A stretch of DNA of 64,000 bases from Chrysomallon squamiferum (lineage: Eukaryota > Animalia > Mollusca), in NCBI GenBank assembly GCA_012295275.1, contig CM022678.1:11718001-11782000 (forward strand), written 5' to 3'. The notes under the pieces were generated by a model. That model saw only the letters and a list, made by a program, of their open reading frames with translations, was not told the DNA's origin and ran no database searches. Position numbers and translations under genes: made by a program. This document shows, in pieces, positions 1 to 13,844 of this stretch. Each line of letters begins with the position of its first letter. The stretch's first letter is position 1.

Positions 1-760
1 CAATAATAGTAGTAGTAGTAGTAGTAGTATATCACTATTAACAGTAGTAGTAGTAGCAATAGTAATAGTAGTAGCAGTAGTAGTAGTATATCACTATTAA
101 CAGTAGTAGTAGTAGCAATAGTAATAGTAGTAGTAGTAGTAGTAGTATATCACTATTAACAGTAGTTGTAGTAGCAATAGTAATAGTAGTAGTAGTAGTA
201 GTATATCACTATTAACCAGTAGCAAAGTAAGTAGTAGTAGTAGTAGTATATCACTATTAACAGTAGTAGTAGTAGCAAGTAGTAGTAGTAGTAGTATATC
301 ACTATTAACAGTAGTAGTAGTAGCAATAGTAACAGTAGTAGCAGTAGTAGTAGTATATCACTATTAACAGTAGTAGTAGTAGCAATAGTAATAGTGAGTA
401 GTAGTAGTAGTAGTAGTATATCACTATTAACAGTAGTAGTAGTAGTAGCAATAGTAATAGTAGTAGCAGTAGTAGTAGTATATCACTATTAACAGTATTA
501 ATAGTAGTAGTAGTAGTAGTAGTATATCACTATTAACAGTAGTAGTAGTAGCAATAGTAATAGTAGTAGTAGTAGTAGTAGTAGTATATCACTATTAACA
601 GTAGTAGTAGTAGCAATAGTAATAGTAGTAGCAGTAGTAGTAGTATATCACTATTAACAGTAGTAGTAGTAGCAATAGTAATAGTAGTAGTAGTAGTAGT
701 AGTAGTAATCACTATTAACAGTAGTAGCAATAGCAGTAGTAGCAGTATATCACTATTAAC
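1..760. repeat. Minisatellite of ~50-60 bp units built on (AGT)n with fixed core TATATCACTATTAAC, ~13 copies, truncated by window start
   Basis: Core tatatcactattaac recurs every ~45-65 bp, separated by variable (AGT)n/gcaatagtaat tracts. Confidence 0.9.
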
Positions 761-1295
761 AGTAGTAGTAGTAGCAATAGTAATAGTAGTAGCAGCAGTA
801 CTAGTAGTAGTAATTGCAATAGTAAAAGTAGATTTAGTACTAATAACAGTAGTAGCAGTGGTACTAGTAGTAGTAATAGTAATAGTAGTAGTACTAGTAA
901 TAGCAGTAGCTGTAGTAGAAGTAGTAGTAGCAGTAGTAGTAGCAGCAATAATAGTAACAGCAGAGAAGTGGTAGTACTGGTGCTGCTGTGGTAGTTGTAG
1001 TAGTTGTAGCAGTAGTAGTAGTAATCACTGTGAGAATGATAAGACTGAAATTATTTGTAGCGGTGGAGTAGTGGTTAAGAATTGTAAGTTACAGTAATAG
1101 TGGTAGTGACAATAGAAGCTGTTGTTGTAGCTGTTGTTGTTGCTGTTGTGTTAGTGGTATCGGGAGGAGCAACAGTGGTAACAGATGAACAGAAAGAAAG
1201 AAAATGTAGACAGAATAAAAAGAAAAGAAAGAAGAATAAGAATGAAAGAAGTGAACAAGGAAGATGAAAAAATAAAAAAAATGATGATGGCTTTA

Positions 1296-1532
<237 letters not shown>

Positions 1533-1833
1533 GATATGTATGTATACTGAAAAAAAAAAATTAAAAAAAAAAAAAAAATAAAATAAAATAAAGAAACTGA
1601 AAAGTAATGTGTCTGTCTGGGAGTGAGTGAATGGAAGGCAGAAGACAAGAAAGATAATTAAAACTGAAATCAGATCTCTCTCGTAACAACCACACGTATA
1701 AATAACTGATACTAAGAGTCACGCGCATTTTTATAACGTTTATTTTACATTCTCAGCAAAAAAAAAAAAAATGTTGTTTTTTTCTTTTTTCTTTATTATT
1801 ATTATTTTTTTAGTCTTGTCGCTAAGTTACAGG

Positions 1834-1864
<31 letters not shown>

Positions 1865-2315
1865 TCCCTTTCGTATGCATTTTTTTAAATTTTCACTGCA
1901 GTACAGTTTATGAGACTGTTCCACATTTTATAATTCTGTATACTTACTCGTTACACTACAACATTTCTTTCATAAGGAAAACACAAAACGGTTACAGTAT
2001 GTGAGACCTTTCTCACTGAACCTGAACCTAAGTCCCATTTTAGTCGATTACAGTCATGAAAATCTTCAGATTCGTGACTCAATAAGCTTCTTTTTGATAC
2101 CGCAATCATTTCGTCACTGGATAAGTTTTATGTATAAATAATTATTTCTGATGTTTCAATGTAATTTTGACGTAGAACTAGTTTCGAGACTTTTTGCCGC
2201 TTGCAACGGTTATTCGTCGGACCGTTCGTTTTAAATGTTTAGAAGCCGGTGATAAATTAATATTAGCTTTACTACAGCAAACAGTGAAACACCCATCGAT
2301 AAAATTTCATCATTG

Positions 2316-2357
<42 letters not shown>

Positions 2358-2597
2358 GTCTGTTTATTATGTTTTATCTGTTTCTATGTTTTATCTGTCT
2401 CTCTGTCTACGTATGTATGTATTAATTTAATTATTTTATTGTATCAAATTATTTATTTAATTTTATTTATTTATTTATTTATTATCTATTCATTTTATTT
2501 ATTTATTTATTTAATTAATTAATTTATTTTTGCTTGTTAACACAAAATAACTAATGCTATTTAATAAATGTAAAAATGCTCCGTGCAATAAGATAAA

Positions 2598-2752
2598 TAT
2601 CAAAATGGCGGTTTGCGCCGTCTGCTACAGACTGGCAGTGTTTTCAAAATGTTACGCATCGTTAGCATTCATTATCTCATTCCGATGACGTCTGACGTCA
2701 AAGTAAATGGATCTGTGATTGGCTGCTTTATGAAAGGCTAAAACAGTGAGTA
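2598..2752 (+). promoter_or_regulatory. Candidate promoter/enhancer island: YY1-like CAAAATGGCG, CRE, CCAAT box, possible splice donor
   Basis: caaaatggcgg at 2601, TGACGTC plus TGACGTCA at 2686-2700, gattggct near 2717, GTGAGT near 2746; motif matches only. Confidence 0.35.
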
Positions 2753-2902
2753 AACCAGACTATCAAAATGGTATTTGTGCCACTTGTTAGATAAAATAAT
2801 TCACTTTGTTACTTACACCTTAATTCTCACATTTAAAACTCGAAATAAACCATATTGTGTTCTCTGTAAACAGATTTAATTATATACTTGTTTATATGTT
2901 AT

Positions 2903-3452
2903 GTGTTTGGGTGTGTGTTTGTGTGTCTGTGTGTGTTTGTGTGTTTGTGTGTCTGTGTGTGTGTCTGTGTGTTTGTGCGTCTGTGTGTGTGTCTGTGTGT
3001 GTGTTTGTGTGTGTGTGTTTGTGTGTTTGTGTGTGTGTTTGTGTGTGTGTGTGTTTGTACAGTAAGTGCGGGTACATATGTGTTTGTGTAAATATATTGA
3101 AGTATCCAGCCAGCTCTCGAGTGTATTTATGCACGTAATTACGTCCCAGGTGTGAGAATATCATACGTAGGCCTGTTCATGTATAGACACATCCATCTGC
3201 AGTTACGTACAGACATACAAACATACATACGTATACATGCATGCGCACATACATACATAAATGCCTACATACATACATAAATTAATACGTACAAACAATT
3301 ATGTATACACACATGTATAATACATACATACACAGATAAATACATACATATATAGATACATACATAAATGCATATAAACATGCGTACATACATATGTATA
3401 TTCACATAATTATACACAGTATAACTTGTACCAAAATGGGTGTGTATGTATG

Positions 3453-3500
<48 letters not shown>
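2903..3500. repeat. (TG)n and (TACA)n microsatellite block
   Basis: Directly visible. Confidence 0.9.
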
Positions 3501-4344
3501 TGTGTTGTGCACGCGCCTGTATGTAGTGTATGTGAATCTATCTATCTAATTATCTATCTATTTACCTCCCTCTTAACGTCAAATGATGCACTCAAAAGAA
3601 TTTTAAGTGCAGCAATTTGAAGCTAAGAGCTGGTTCAACTGAACCGACGTTTTCACTTGAGTCACGTGTTTCATGTCGTGTAAAAACATTTGTAACTTTC
3701 TCGTCAACTTCACCAGATAACAAAGTTCAAAAACATCTCTGACGTCATAGCGTTTTTCTGACAGGGCTTTACATTACGTCACTGAAGAAGAAAGCAAACA
3801 CTGTTTTACAAGAAGAAACAAAGTAGCACTTTCGATAAGAGCTCCCTCGTGACGTCATTTCAGATGTAACTATTCGATATGAAAGTATCAGTCTATTTTC
3901 TTAGCTTTTGGCGGCAACTGAACGCAGCGCAGTTATAAGACTTCGACAGCGGGGAACTGCAGCAGCGTCGTAACATTTATACAAAAATTTATGGAATGCG
4001 TTTGCAGAAACTAGGAAGCGTGGAAGAATAGTTCTCTGTTGGAAGGGAAACTAAAATAACACAAATTATACGGTCTGGCGAAAAAGTCTGATTAAGAAAA
4101 ATATGTAGGAAATGTTGCCTTTAATTTAGATAATGATAATAATAATCACTCGTTAGTATTTTATGTATGTGTTTGTGTGCGTACATACACACACATATGC
4201 ATACACACACACACACACATACACTCACACAGACAATTCATTTATTAATTCATCCATAATCGTAATTTACTTATTGTTTCAGTTTTATTTTGTGAAAGAA
4301 TGGTTACTTAAGTAACACTAAGCGACATTTTATATAATAATTCT

Positions 4345-4490
4345 AGAGAAGAAACCCGCTACCAGCTTCCCGCGAGATTCTCTTTTCCTTTAGCAGCAAG
4401 CAATCTTTTATGTTTTTGAAGACAAGAATACACACACCACGTTCTTTGATATCCGGACCTGGAATAATGGCTGGAATGGTAAAACGTCCT
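4345..4490 (-). mobile_element. Degenerate SINE-like fragment
   Basis: Colinear similarity to 5480-5610 (gaaacccgct..ttagcagcaag..ctttta..ctggaatgg vs gaaattccgct..ttagcagcgag..cttta..ctagaatgg). Confidence 0.45.
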
Positions 4491-5246
4491 TCAAGCTTTA
4501 TCTATTCATACTTAACATGCGTACGCACCAGTCGCACCCCCCCCTTCCCTTGCGTGCAGGCTTAAAAAACAGAAACATAATTTATACATTTTCCATACAT
4601 CACTCGTACGCTTCACAGACAATAATGATTTGTGTATTAATTCTAAGCCTATAAATTACAAGAGTATATTGTGAATTTTACCGTGTTTAATCATGCAGGA
4701 CGTTTATCGAGATACGTAAACACACACTGTGTCTTTATTCCTGTAACGATTTTGTTTAACTTTAAACAAAACGTTCGTGATGAGATCAGTAAAGTGTGTT
4801 ACAAAGTGTCAAATATTACATTACAACGTCTTGACGTTTGTAAACTGTGGAGTGAGATCGCGTTGCGGTGACGTATGTCGATTGTTGTTGAGACATATAA
4901 ATAATAGCGAGGGGCGGTTTCGTGATCTGCTTCGACAGTTTATGATCACGATCACGGCGGTTCCAGAAATGATACTGGGTGGGGGGGGGGGGGAGGGAGG
5001 GGCAAAACGCTGCTGTAGTAGTGACTAAAACGAGGTTAATGTTGTAGTTGACAATGATGTAGGTGATGATGTTGATAATGATGTGACAGTGAAGAAGATA
5101 AGTTGATAAAGATGGTGATGATCTCCAAATTATAATAATAAAAAACAATGCAAAAATCATAAAATTATGTTATTGATGAATCATTTTGAAATTTCGTTTC
5201 TATAAAATATATGTTCACAGCATGTCACATTTCCATGTCTTGTTAC

Positions 5247-5685
5247 ATAAACATTTGTTTAATGGCATCACTAGAACACTGATTAATTTTCTTTCATCAG
5301 TTATTGTATGTCAAACATTTGTTTAATGGCATCACTTGAACACACTGATTAATTTTCTATCATCAGTTAATTTATGTCAGTTATTTAATGACGTCACAAC
5401 AGCTCATTAAAAATAATGTTCTGTCACTGGCTGTTTTACGTCATCATTAGCTGCATTTCTTTGATCGGATAAATGTTGGCAGAAATTCCGCTGTAGAAAA
5501 ATCACAAAATTCATTAGCAGCGAGATTTCTTTTACATGAAAGGACAGAGCAGTTTATGATTTCACCCATCACATACTTGTTGTGAGCTGCTGTCTAGAAT
5601 GGGAGATAGCCCAAATGGAACTGCGAGCAAAAGAGATGCTGTGATTTATCATCAGTCACGTGATCGCTTTACTACTAAGCTATGT
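5247..5685 (-). mobile_element. Degenerate tRNA-derived SINE-like element with internal duplication of its tail
   Basis: Minus strand begins TAGCTTAGTAGTAAAGCG (A-box-like tRNA head); body similar to 4345-4490; ~65 bp direct duplication acatttgtttaatggcatcact..ctgattaattttct at 5251 and 5316. Confidence 0.45.
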
Positions 5686-6326
5686 CTAGTCAAAATTTGA
5701 ACACAGCTTGTACAGTTAGATAACATACAGTGTATCAGCTGACTGCTTTTCACAGCATCTCAAGTTTTCAGATGTCTTATCTTAGTGACGTTACCATTGT
5801 AGGAATGAAAGAAGGAGAACAGCAAATGGATTGAATGATTGAAAAAAGAAGAAAAGAACTGCAGCGTGAATTCTAAAATACTGTTAGGGGACGAATGAAT
5901 GAATGAATGAATGATGAATTGATTGATTAATTAATTGTTGAGAAACACTGTGACAGATTTTAACATCTGCACGTGCACATGATGTGTCTGTGTTTGCGTG
6001 ACTGTGTTTGAAAATATGCACATCAGCACATGTGACTCAGCTTCAGAGAATGTTTGCGTGCACGTGATATCGTGCACTGTGCGTACATTAAGATGTGCTG
6101 TTTATGTGATATACAAATATTACAGACATCCTTAGCTTTAGTTTGTAAAAAAAGATTCTTTAAGTGCAATGCATGTAATTGCAAAATCCTCGCATTTTTG
6201 TACATAAAACCAGTTTGCCTGCAGTAAATGAAAAAAATTATAATAAAATGAAAAGAAATAGAAATAAACTAAAACAAGCTAGCAAATACGAAAAATCACA
6301 AAAGTGTAGAAAAACAACAACAACAA

Positions 6327-6360
<34 letters not shown>

Positions 6361-7279
6361 GCTTACCAGATTTATCTTCTTCTATTTTTATTTTCGTCAC
6401 GAAATATGAAAACGATCAGTTTGAACGCTTTTGGAATCTTTGTCAGATGTCGTCAGATTTCAGTGCACAGAATGTCCTGACACAGAACTGTTGTTATCGC
6501 ATCACGAGGCACGTGTCACAAAGCATTATGACGTCAGTGTGACCCCGAAGAGCGACGTGTTTGACATAAATCGTCTGATTTTGAGCGAGCAAGCCAAACG
6601 ACACAGCGCGAGACAATTGTAACACTCGTGAAATACCGCTAAGAGCACACCGGGTCCGTTAACTGCTATAAATACCAGCCACTTATAACTGGGACGAATA
6701 ATTGACCGTTTAATAAAGCGAGTTACATCTACTGACTCGTAAAGCGCCCCCTGTCAGCATTTTCGCCGCTTAGCGACTGTCCAGTTACGCGAAACGCCGA
6801 CAACAAGTTTTTGACAATGTCGCCGACGTCGGCAAATTAATCTAATGCGTATCTGCATGTAGTCCGAGAAATAAATAACAGTTTAATAAAGAATCTGTAA
6901 TTAAACCTGCTGAAGTGGAACGGTTAAACTGTTTCAGTATTCTGTTACTGCGTTGTTTGGTTTCTCTTTGTTCTTCTTTACCACACAGAAATGAAATATT
7001 TCTTAGCCGGACGCTAGTTTGGTTAATTTGGTGCCGATAAATAACCTATGTAAAATTAAATACATTTTCTATACTATTATTATTGTTGTAGATGTTGTTG
7101 TTGTTGTTGCAGTTATTTATTTACTTATGTATTTATTAAATTTGTTATTATTATTATTATTATTGTTGTTGTTGCTATTATTTGTCATTATTTACTTATG
7201 TATTTATTAAAATTGTTAGTATTATTGTTGTTGTTGTTGCTATTATTTGTCATTTATTTACTTATGTATTTATTAAAAA

Positions 7280-7317
<38 letters not shown>

Positions 7318-7628
7318 GTTATTACTACTACTACTACTATTACTACTATAACTGTTGTTGTTGCTATTATTTATTAATTGTTATTTATTTATTTACTTAT
7401 AATTATTATTGTTTTGCTGTTGCTGTTGTTTGTGTCTTGTTATGGCAGTAAACAACGTGAATACTTTGAACTGAACATCGACTACTCTTTGTCATTCGTC
7501 ACCAGTGTTGTCCAAAACAACGTAAACAACAACACAAATATAAATGTGCGTGTGCGTGTAAGTTGCGTGTATGTGTGTATATGTGTGAACTGTAGGATTA
7601 AAACTGTCTCTTTTCAACGTTCAGAAAC

Positions 7629-7857
7629 GTGTTAGTGTGTTAGTGTTAGTGTGTTAGTGTTAGTGTGTTAGTATTGTGTTAGTGTGTTAGTGTTAGTGTG
7701 TTAGTATTGTGTTAGTGTGTTAGTATTGTGCTAGTGTGTTAGTGTGTTAGTGTTAGTGTGTTAGTGCTAGTGTGTTAGTGTTAGTGTGTTAGTGTTAGTG
7801 TGTTAGTGTTAGTGTGTTAGTATTGTGTTAGTGTGTTAGTGTGTTAGTACTGTGTTA
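7629..7857. repeat. (GTGTTA/GTGTTAGT)n short-period tandem repeat
   Basis: Directly visible mixture of 6- and 8-bp units. Confidence 0.9.
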
Positions 7858-8109
7858 AAGTATCAGTTAGAAGACAGAGTGTAGTGAACAACATCAGACA
7901 CAAAGACGCGATCCCAGGACAGGCAAAGTTTAACGAGATTTCTTAACTTCCGTGCACAGCAACTTGAGAATCTTCTGACTGAGGAAGGCATCGAAGCCTT
8001 CAAGTTGACGATTCTGTTTAAGCTTCCACAAAGAATTACTGCTAAGTCGATGAATTTATTTAAAAGTCTAGAGAGAGTACTAACTAGGCAATTTAATGCC
8101 GATAACTTT

Positions 8110-8140
<31 letters not shown>

Positions 8141-8636
8141 CATCTTGAGGCCCGCCTTGTCGCTTTAAGGCTGAAGGTTGTTTTAAGGTCACTGAACAAA
8201 GGTCATCACATAAGTCAGCCTTCAGGCCGAAGGTTTTATTGTTTAGGAACAAAGTTCGGCCTATTAGAGCCGATGTTGTTATTTCGGCACCATCGACAGT
8301 GATAAAATAATAAAGAACGCACCGAGATATTTCCTATTGTTCCAGTCGTAACGATTTTCGCACCAAACAATAGTTATCAAACAATGCAGCGGCAAACAAC
8401 CTGCCGAGCACATCAGCGCCATCTGGTGTGGTAATGCACTTAGCCGCTGATGAGTCAGCGCGGCAGAAGCAATAAACGCGAAACAGCGGCGCTCTGCCAG
8501 CTCGCTCTTTCTAAGTGAACACTGCGTTGTGACGTCATTGTGTGTGACGTGGTTTTATGTGACGTATTCAGAGTTTTACGACCAGATCTGGTCTGGTCTG
8601 CTGTTTTTGATCTGTAACACAGCAGCCTAATAGATG

Positions 8637-8684
<48 letters not shown>

Positions 8685-9294
8685 CACATACATACACACA
8701 TACATACATACATACAGACATACACACAAACGTATATACATACAAAAATACATAGACATAAATTTGGATACACATACACACAGACATATACAAACATACA
8801 TTTAAATGCACACATTAGTAAAAAGGACAGTTTTGTATCGATCTTTGAAACGAAAAGAAGATGATGAGTATGATGACAATGAAATACAACAACAACAACA
8901 ACAACAACAACAGAGTAGTAATTACTTCCATAAACAAAACCAACTGTGGTAACCTGATCAAACAGACACAAACAAAAACTCACATTTCAGGCGTACAAAC
9001 ACTTTCTAGTAAAACAGTACAGCGATACGCCTTTGTTTGTGGCTCGTATACAATTTCTAAAAAATCGCTGTTACAACGAACCATTGAAAAAACTGAATAC
9101 CCGATGCTTCGCGTTATACAGGGTACTGGCTAAATGAAACATTCGATACGTTTTTGTTTGTTTGTTTTGTTTTGTTTTGTATTGTTTTGTTTTGCGTTCC
9201 TGAACAATAAAATTCACGGTTATGATTCTGTATCAAAAAGGAAAAGAGCATTTTAAATTGTTTATGTTTCTTTATTAGCAATTTTTTAAATCAT

Positions 9295-9411
<117 letters not shown>

Positions 9412-10466
9412 ACAGCCCAGTGTATATGTATAATTATCTGTTTATTTAGTCGTGTGTGTGTTGATTATGTGCGTATGTATGTATGTGTCTTCACTGTGTG
9501 CGTGTGTGTGTCTGTATGTATATAATAAATGTACATGTATCCATCTGCTTTTATGTTTTCCAATGTCTATTCACATATTTATCCATTCAACCGTCCATCC
9601 ATCCATGCAACCGTTCGCCCGTCCAATCTTTGACTGCCTGTGAAACCAGCGAGTAGAAAGATGAGAAAGAAAATTAATTATATTTCGCACGATTAAAGTC
9701 TCTGCGTTACTCAACAAACAGAAACGTGTGGACTGATCTGCTGAAAAGCGACTGTAAACGCGATCCGGAAATAGCGCCTGTTGATAACACGTAGATCGAG
9801 CACACTCGTGGCTGCCGGCTTTTCACGAAAACGTGTCCGTTTTTCTGCAGCTCGAAACTGTTTTTTAAAACATAAAACAAATCCTTTTTACATCGCTGTA
9901 TTGTAGTGTACACACGAACGCTCGTGTTTTCATTAAACTCCATTTTTAAAAAAAAAATTCAGCGAAAGAAACCGGATATGTGACATTTCGACTGAAAATA
10001 GCAGCACGTGATAAACGCTTCTGACGTGTTGCCGATAGCGCTGGTTTGTCGACGAGTTGTTCAATGCTTTATTAATGAAGCCAGTAGAAATGAAAGAGTT
10101 AAATAAAAAATAAAAAGTTTAAAAAAAATGTGTTTATTGTTCTCGCGGGGTTTAAAGCTGATTTATTTAATGCGTTAAACTGCGGATAAAGGCTTTTCGT
10201 TGAATTCAGCACATAAATCTGTGTAATTATTGTAAAGAGTGGTAAATGTGTCTGTAATAGCGAGTCTTTCGTTATCGCTGGCAGTAAATGTTTACTGATA
10301 CCGAATGTTCGCTAGCGAGGAAGTGATGTAGAAAAACTGCAATATTACACAAAACTCTGAAATCATATACATCATTACACACACGCACACACGCACACAT
10401 ACACATATACATATATACAAACAGTGATTTTTCATCATCAGACAAAAACACATAAGAAGAAAATGA

Positions 10467-10580
10467 AATAAAACAAGAAGAAGAAGAAACGGCGATGATG
10501 GCGCCAACGACGACAACGTTACTCTGGCGTTCAGCTTCGCCAAGCAAATCATCCGTCAGTTCGACGAGATGGACATCTAA
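10467..10580 (+). other. Possible short terminal coding exon (..RRRRNGDDGANDDNVTLAFSFAKQIIRQFDEMDI*)
   Basis: C/G-ending codons (aac ggc gcc gac ttc atc gag) atypical of the flanks, and an open antisense frame; no clean splice acceptor and product not recognised. Confidence 0.25.
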
Positions 10581-10854
10581 AGTAAAACAAATCCTGACGC
10601 GTCTACCAATTAGTTTACGAAATCCCAGATGTGGCCAGACGGTAGTGCTTGAAGCTTGCAGAACACCGAACGATTTGGCGTTGACGTCATTGTTAGAGTG
10701 TTTAAAAAAGTAGAAGTAAATGATTGCTACAGAACTGTTAAATGTACTTAAAGTGCCTGCACGTGGGTGAAGTGTTGTGTGGCCTAGCAAATATTTACAA
10801 AATGTGTTCACTGTAACAAGAACGATCTCTCATCATTTTCAGAGATCAATTATT

Positions 10855-10947
<93 letters not shown>

Positions 10948-11571
10948 ATACACACACTGTAGGAAGGACTGGGAAAACGGTGTGACGTCATAAAGCACGT
11001 ATTTTCATAACGTCACACACTGGAGAGGCCTAACAAATAGGCCTGTGCATACAGTTTTTATTCGAGATAATTTCTGCATTCATTACGGTTGACTCTGAGT
11101 TGTCTGCTCAGTGTTCTGGCCTAAATGAAGCCTCTCTAACAGACCTGCTACTTGACGTCTGCTCCTGGCAGTTCAAATAGTTTAGACTTAATCATGGATA
11201 TTTGAGCAGCGTGTCTCTGCGAGTTGGAGAACACAAATACGTTGAATGACTGACAGCCAATCTACTTGTGCTATTTCTGACTTCACTGGTTATTTCTGTT
11301 TAAAAATCACATGATTCTAGGAGACGGCTGTACAATCCAGCTATACAAAAATTCACTTTTTCATGTTTCTTTCTCACTTTGTCTCTTTTTTTTTTTTTTC
11401 ACCCACCTAATGAAACTAATTTTGTTTCAAAATAATGTTCAGTCTTTATCCGTTCATCCAGCTTTGAAATAGCAGGCTCTCGTCTTCGTTTTTATTTTCT
11501 AATATATTTATTATGATCATTATTTTCAGAGATAAATTATTTTAATTCTCTCTTTTATAACATGCGCATAC

Positions 11572-11666
<95 letters not shown>

Positions 11667-13120
11667 ATAAATAACTGTAACCAAAAATAGTTTAAGATGA
11701 CACCAATACCATGGTTTTTTTTGTTTCTGTTTCTGTTTCGTTTTATTTTTATTTTTATTTTTTCACATAATTTCCTGTCATCGACATTTACGCTTTTTAT
11801 GATTAACTTCTCCATTTCTTATTAAAGTGTTTACGTCATTTCCTCAGAGAGAATCTCTTTATTTTTCGTTTTTACATTTGTATCCAGTTTTTGATTACAT
11901 TATCAATATTTTTAGTTACAGACTCTCATATGATCTGTTACTCGACTTTCGTACGAGGGTTAATCTAGAAAGTGTAGGACTGCTGTGAGTGTATTTTCAT
12001 AGTTACGTACGGAAATGAACACCGTGGAAGAAAAGATCGTTGAAAGAATCAAATTTCTGGAACTTTCTGCAGATTTTAGTGGTTAAAGTGTAGAGATGGA
12101 GAATCACAGAACGCGGGATCGACTCTTCTCACTGACGTCACAACACTCTCTCCAGTTTCAACTTGATAAACATCACAGACGTTGTTTGTTTTTATTATTA
12201 TTATTATTTTTAACTTTATTTATTTATTTATTTATTTATTTATTTTTTTTTCTTTTTTGAAGAAGGAATGTATGAATAAATATTTTAATAAATACTCGAT
12301 TGCTAACAATGTTATTATTAAAATTAGTTACCTATCGTTAAATATTAATTCATTAATTCATAGCGTCTGACTGGAACGGGAAATATATGGTTATCCTGTT
12401 CCTTTTATCTTCTGTTATCGAGACTATCACATTTCGTGTTATCAAGACTTTAACCTGCCATTCAAACATACATCTGATGTTATCGAGACTTTCACTTTCT
12501 CAGAAGTTAGTTTCAATCATCTAAAACCCTCTGTGAACTACTATAAAAACCAAAACAATTTGTATCCAGACTTTTCACTGTACACTAATAAAACTCTCTT
12601 TTAGTTTATTAAAAGATGCTGAAACTACCCTCTTGGCGGTAACCTAAATACCTAAACGGAACAGATGTCCGGTCTCGTATTTTAAGGAAGAAAGGACAAG
12701 GAATGTAAACAATATGGAAATCGATCGGTTCTTTGCGGATAAATCGGGCAGCAGGCAATCTTAACTTCCCGTCATTCAGTGCGCTGTCTCATTAAGATTG
12801 GCACGTGACGAATCAGCTCAAAGATTAAGGTCAAAGTGAAATTACCGTAAACACTTGAAAAAAAAACAACAAATTCATACTTAAATATTATATGACGTAG
12901 AAGAAACGAAACGACGTCACAAAACAGGTGATGAGGATATGTGCGAGATTGTCCAGATACAACTAAATATAATTTAGTATGATAAAATATGATACAGCAT
13001 GATACAATATGATACAGAGTACTCCGCATGTTAATTATTATATAACAACAAAACAACAGTATAGGTAACATGTACTCTGTTTTATATTTCAAGGATTAAA
13101 TCAACAACAAAACGTCACCA

Positions 13121-13181
13121 GGGCTTGTGGCGCAATGGATAACGGATCAGAAGATTCCAGGTTCGAATCCTGGCAAGCTCG
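13121..13181 (+). pseudogene. tRNA-Arg(ACG)-derived copy with a 12-nt deletion removing the 5' side of the anticodon arm
   Basis: GGGCTTGTGGCGCAATGGATAACG/GATCAGAAGATTCCAGGTTCGAATCCTGGCAAGCTCG is identical to 35514-35586 except for loss of CGTCTGACTACG; T-run follows. Confidence 0.92.
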
Positions 13182-13267
13182 AATTTATTTTTTCTTTCAC
13201 GTTTTCTATCATTTGATATTTGTAAACATGAGTTAAATGAAAATTTACTTTACGTCACTGCAGCTCG

Positions 13268-13302
<35 letters not shown>

Positions 13303-13416
13303 TGATGATGATGATGATAATGCACAGAAAATTAATGAATTAATGAAAAGAAATTTAACTGAACTTAAATAAAGAAAAATGGTCAGTAAATTTACAAAAC
13401 TAAATAAATAAATAAG

Positions 13417-13455
<39 letters not shown>

Positions 13456-13844
13456 AAATAACCGTAATACTAATAATAATAAAAGCAAAATAAAAAATGC
13501 AGTAAAATAAAACGGAGAAATAAACCCCAGTAAAAAGAAACACCGAACATTCCCGCAGTAAAAATGACGTAAACTAAACGAGACAGATTTTTAAATAAAT
13601 ATCGCGTCACGGCCTTCCCTCTGATCTGGCTGTAAAATTACACCTTGCACAGAAACAATAAACACTGATGTGGTTCAATTCAATATTTAATTTCCTTCAT
13701 TTAAACCAGTCAAAACAATAAATACGTAACAGTACGCAACGCGACGCCCAGCTCTCACAAGTAAGCTAGCCCAGTCGCCATTTACTTTGAACCAGGATTT
13801 CTGTGTATTATTTTACATGGCCTACGTGTGTACGAGTTGTACGA

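Noticed and set aside
7629-7857. TTAGTG-type repeat as interstitial telomere
   Set aside because: Not TTAGGG or TTAGG; mixed unit lengths indicate an ordinary tandem repeat
7895-8115. Open frames on both strands (QQLENLLTEEGIEAFK.. and NRQLEGFDAFLSQKILK..)
   Set aside because: No recognisable domain and no convincing start or splice-site pair; too weak to call
8443-8510. Hammerhead-like CTGATGAG..CGAAAC
   Set aside because: Stem II does not pair, and the GCCGCTG/CAGCGGC stem would sequester the core; TGAGTCA reads better as an AP-1 site
6822-8593. Perfect palindromes GCCGACGTCGGC (6822) and GACCAGATCTGGTC (8580)
   Set aside because: A few 12-14 bp palindromes are plausible by chance in 64 kb; no shared sequence or context
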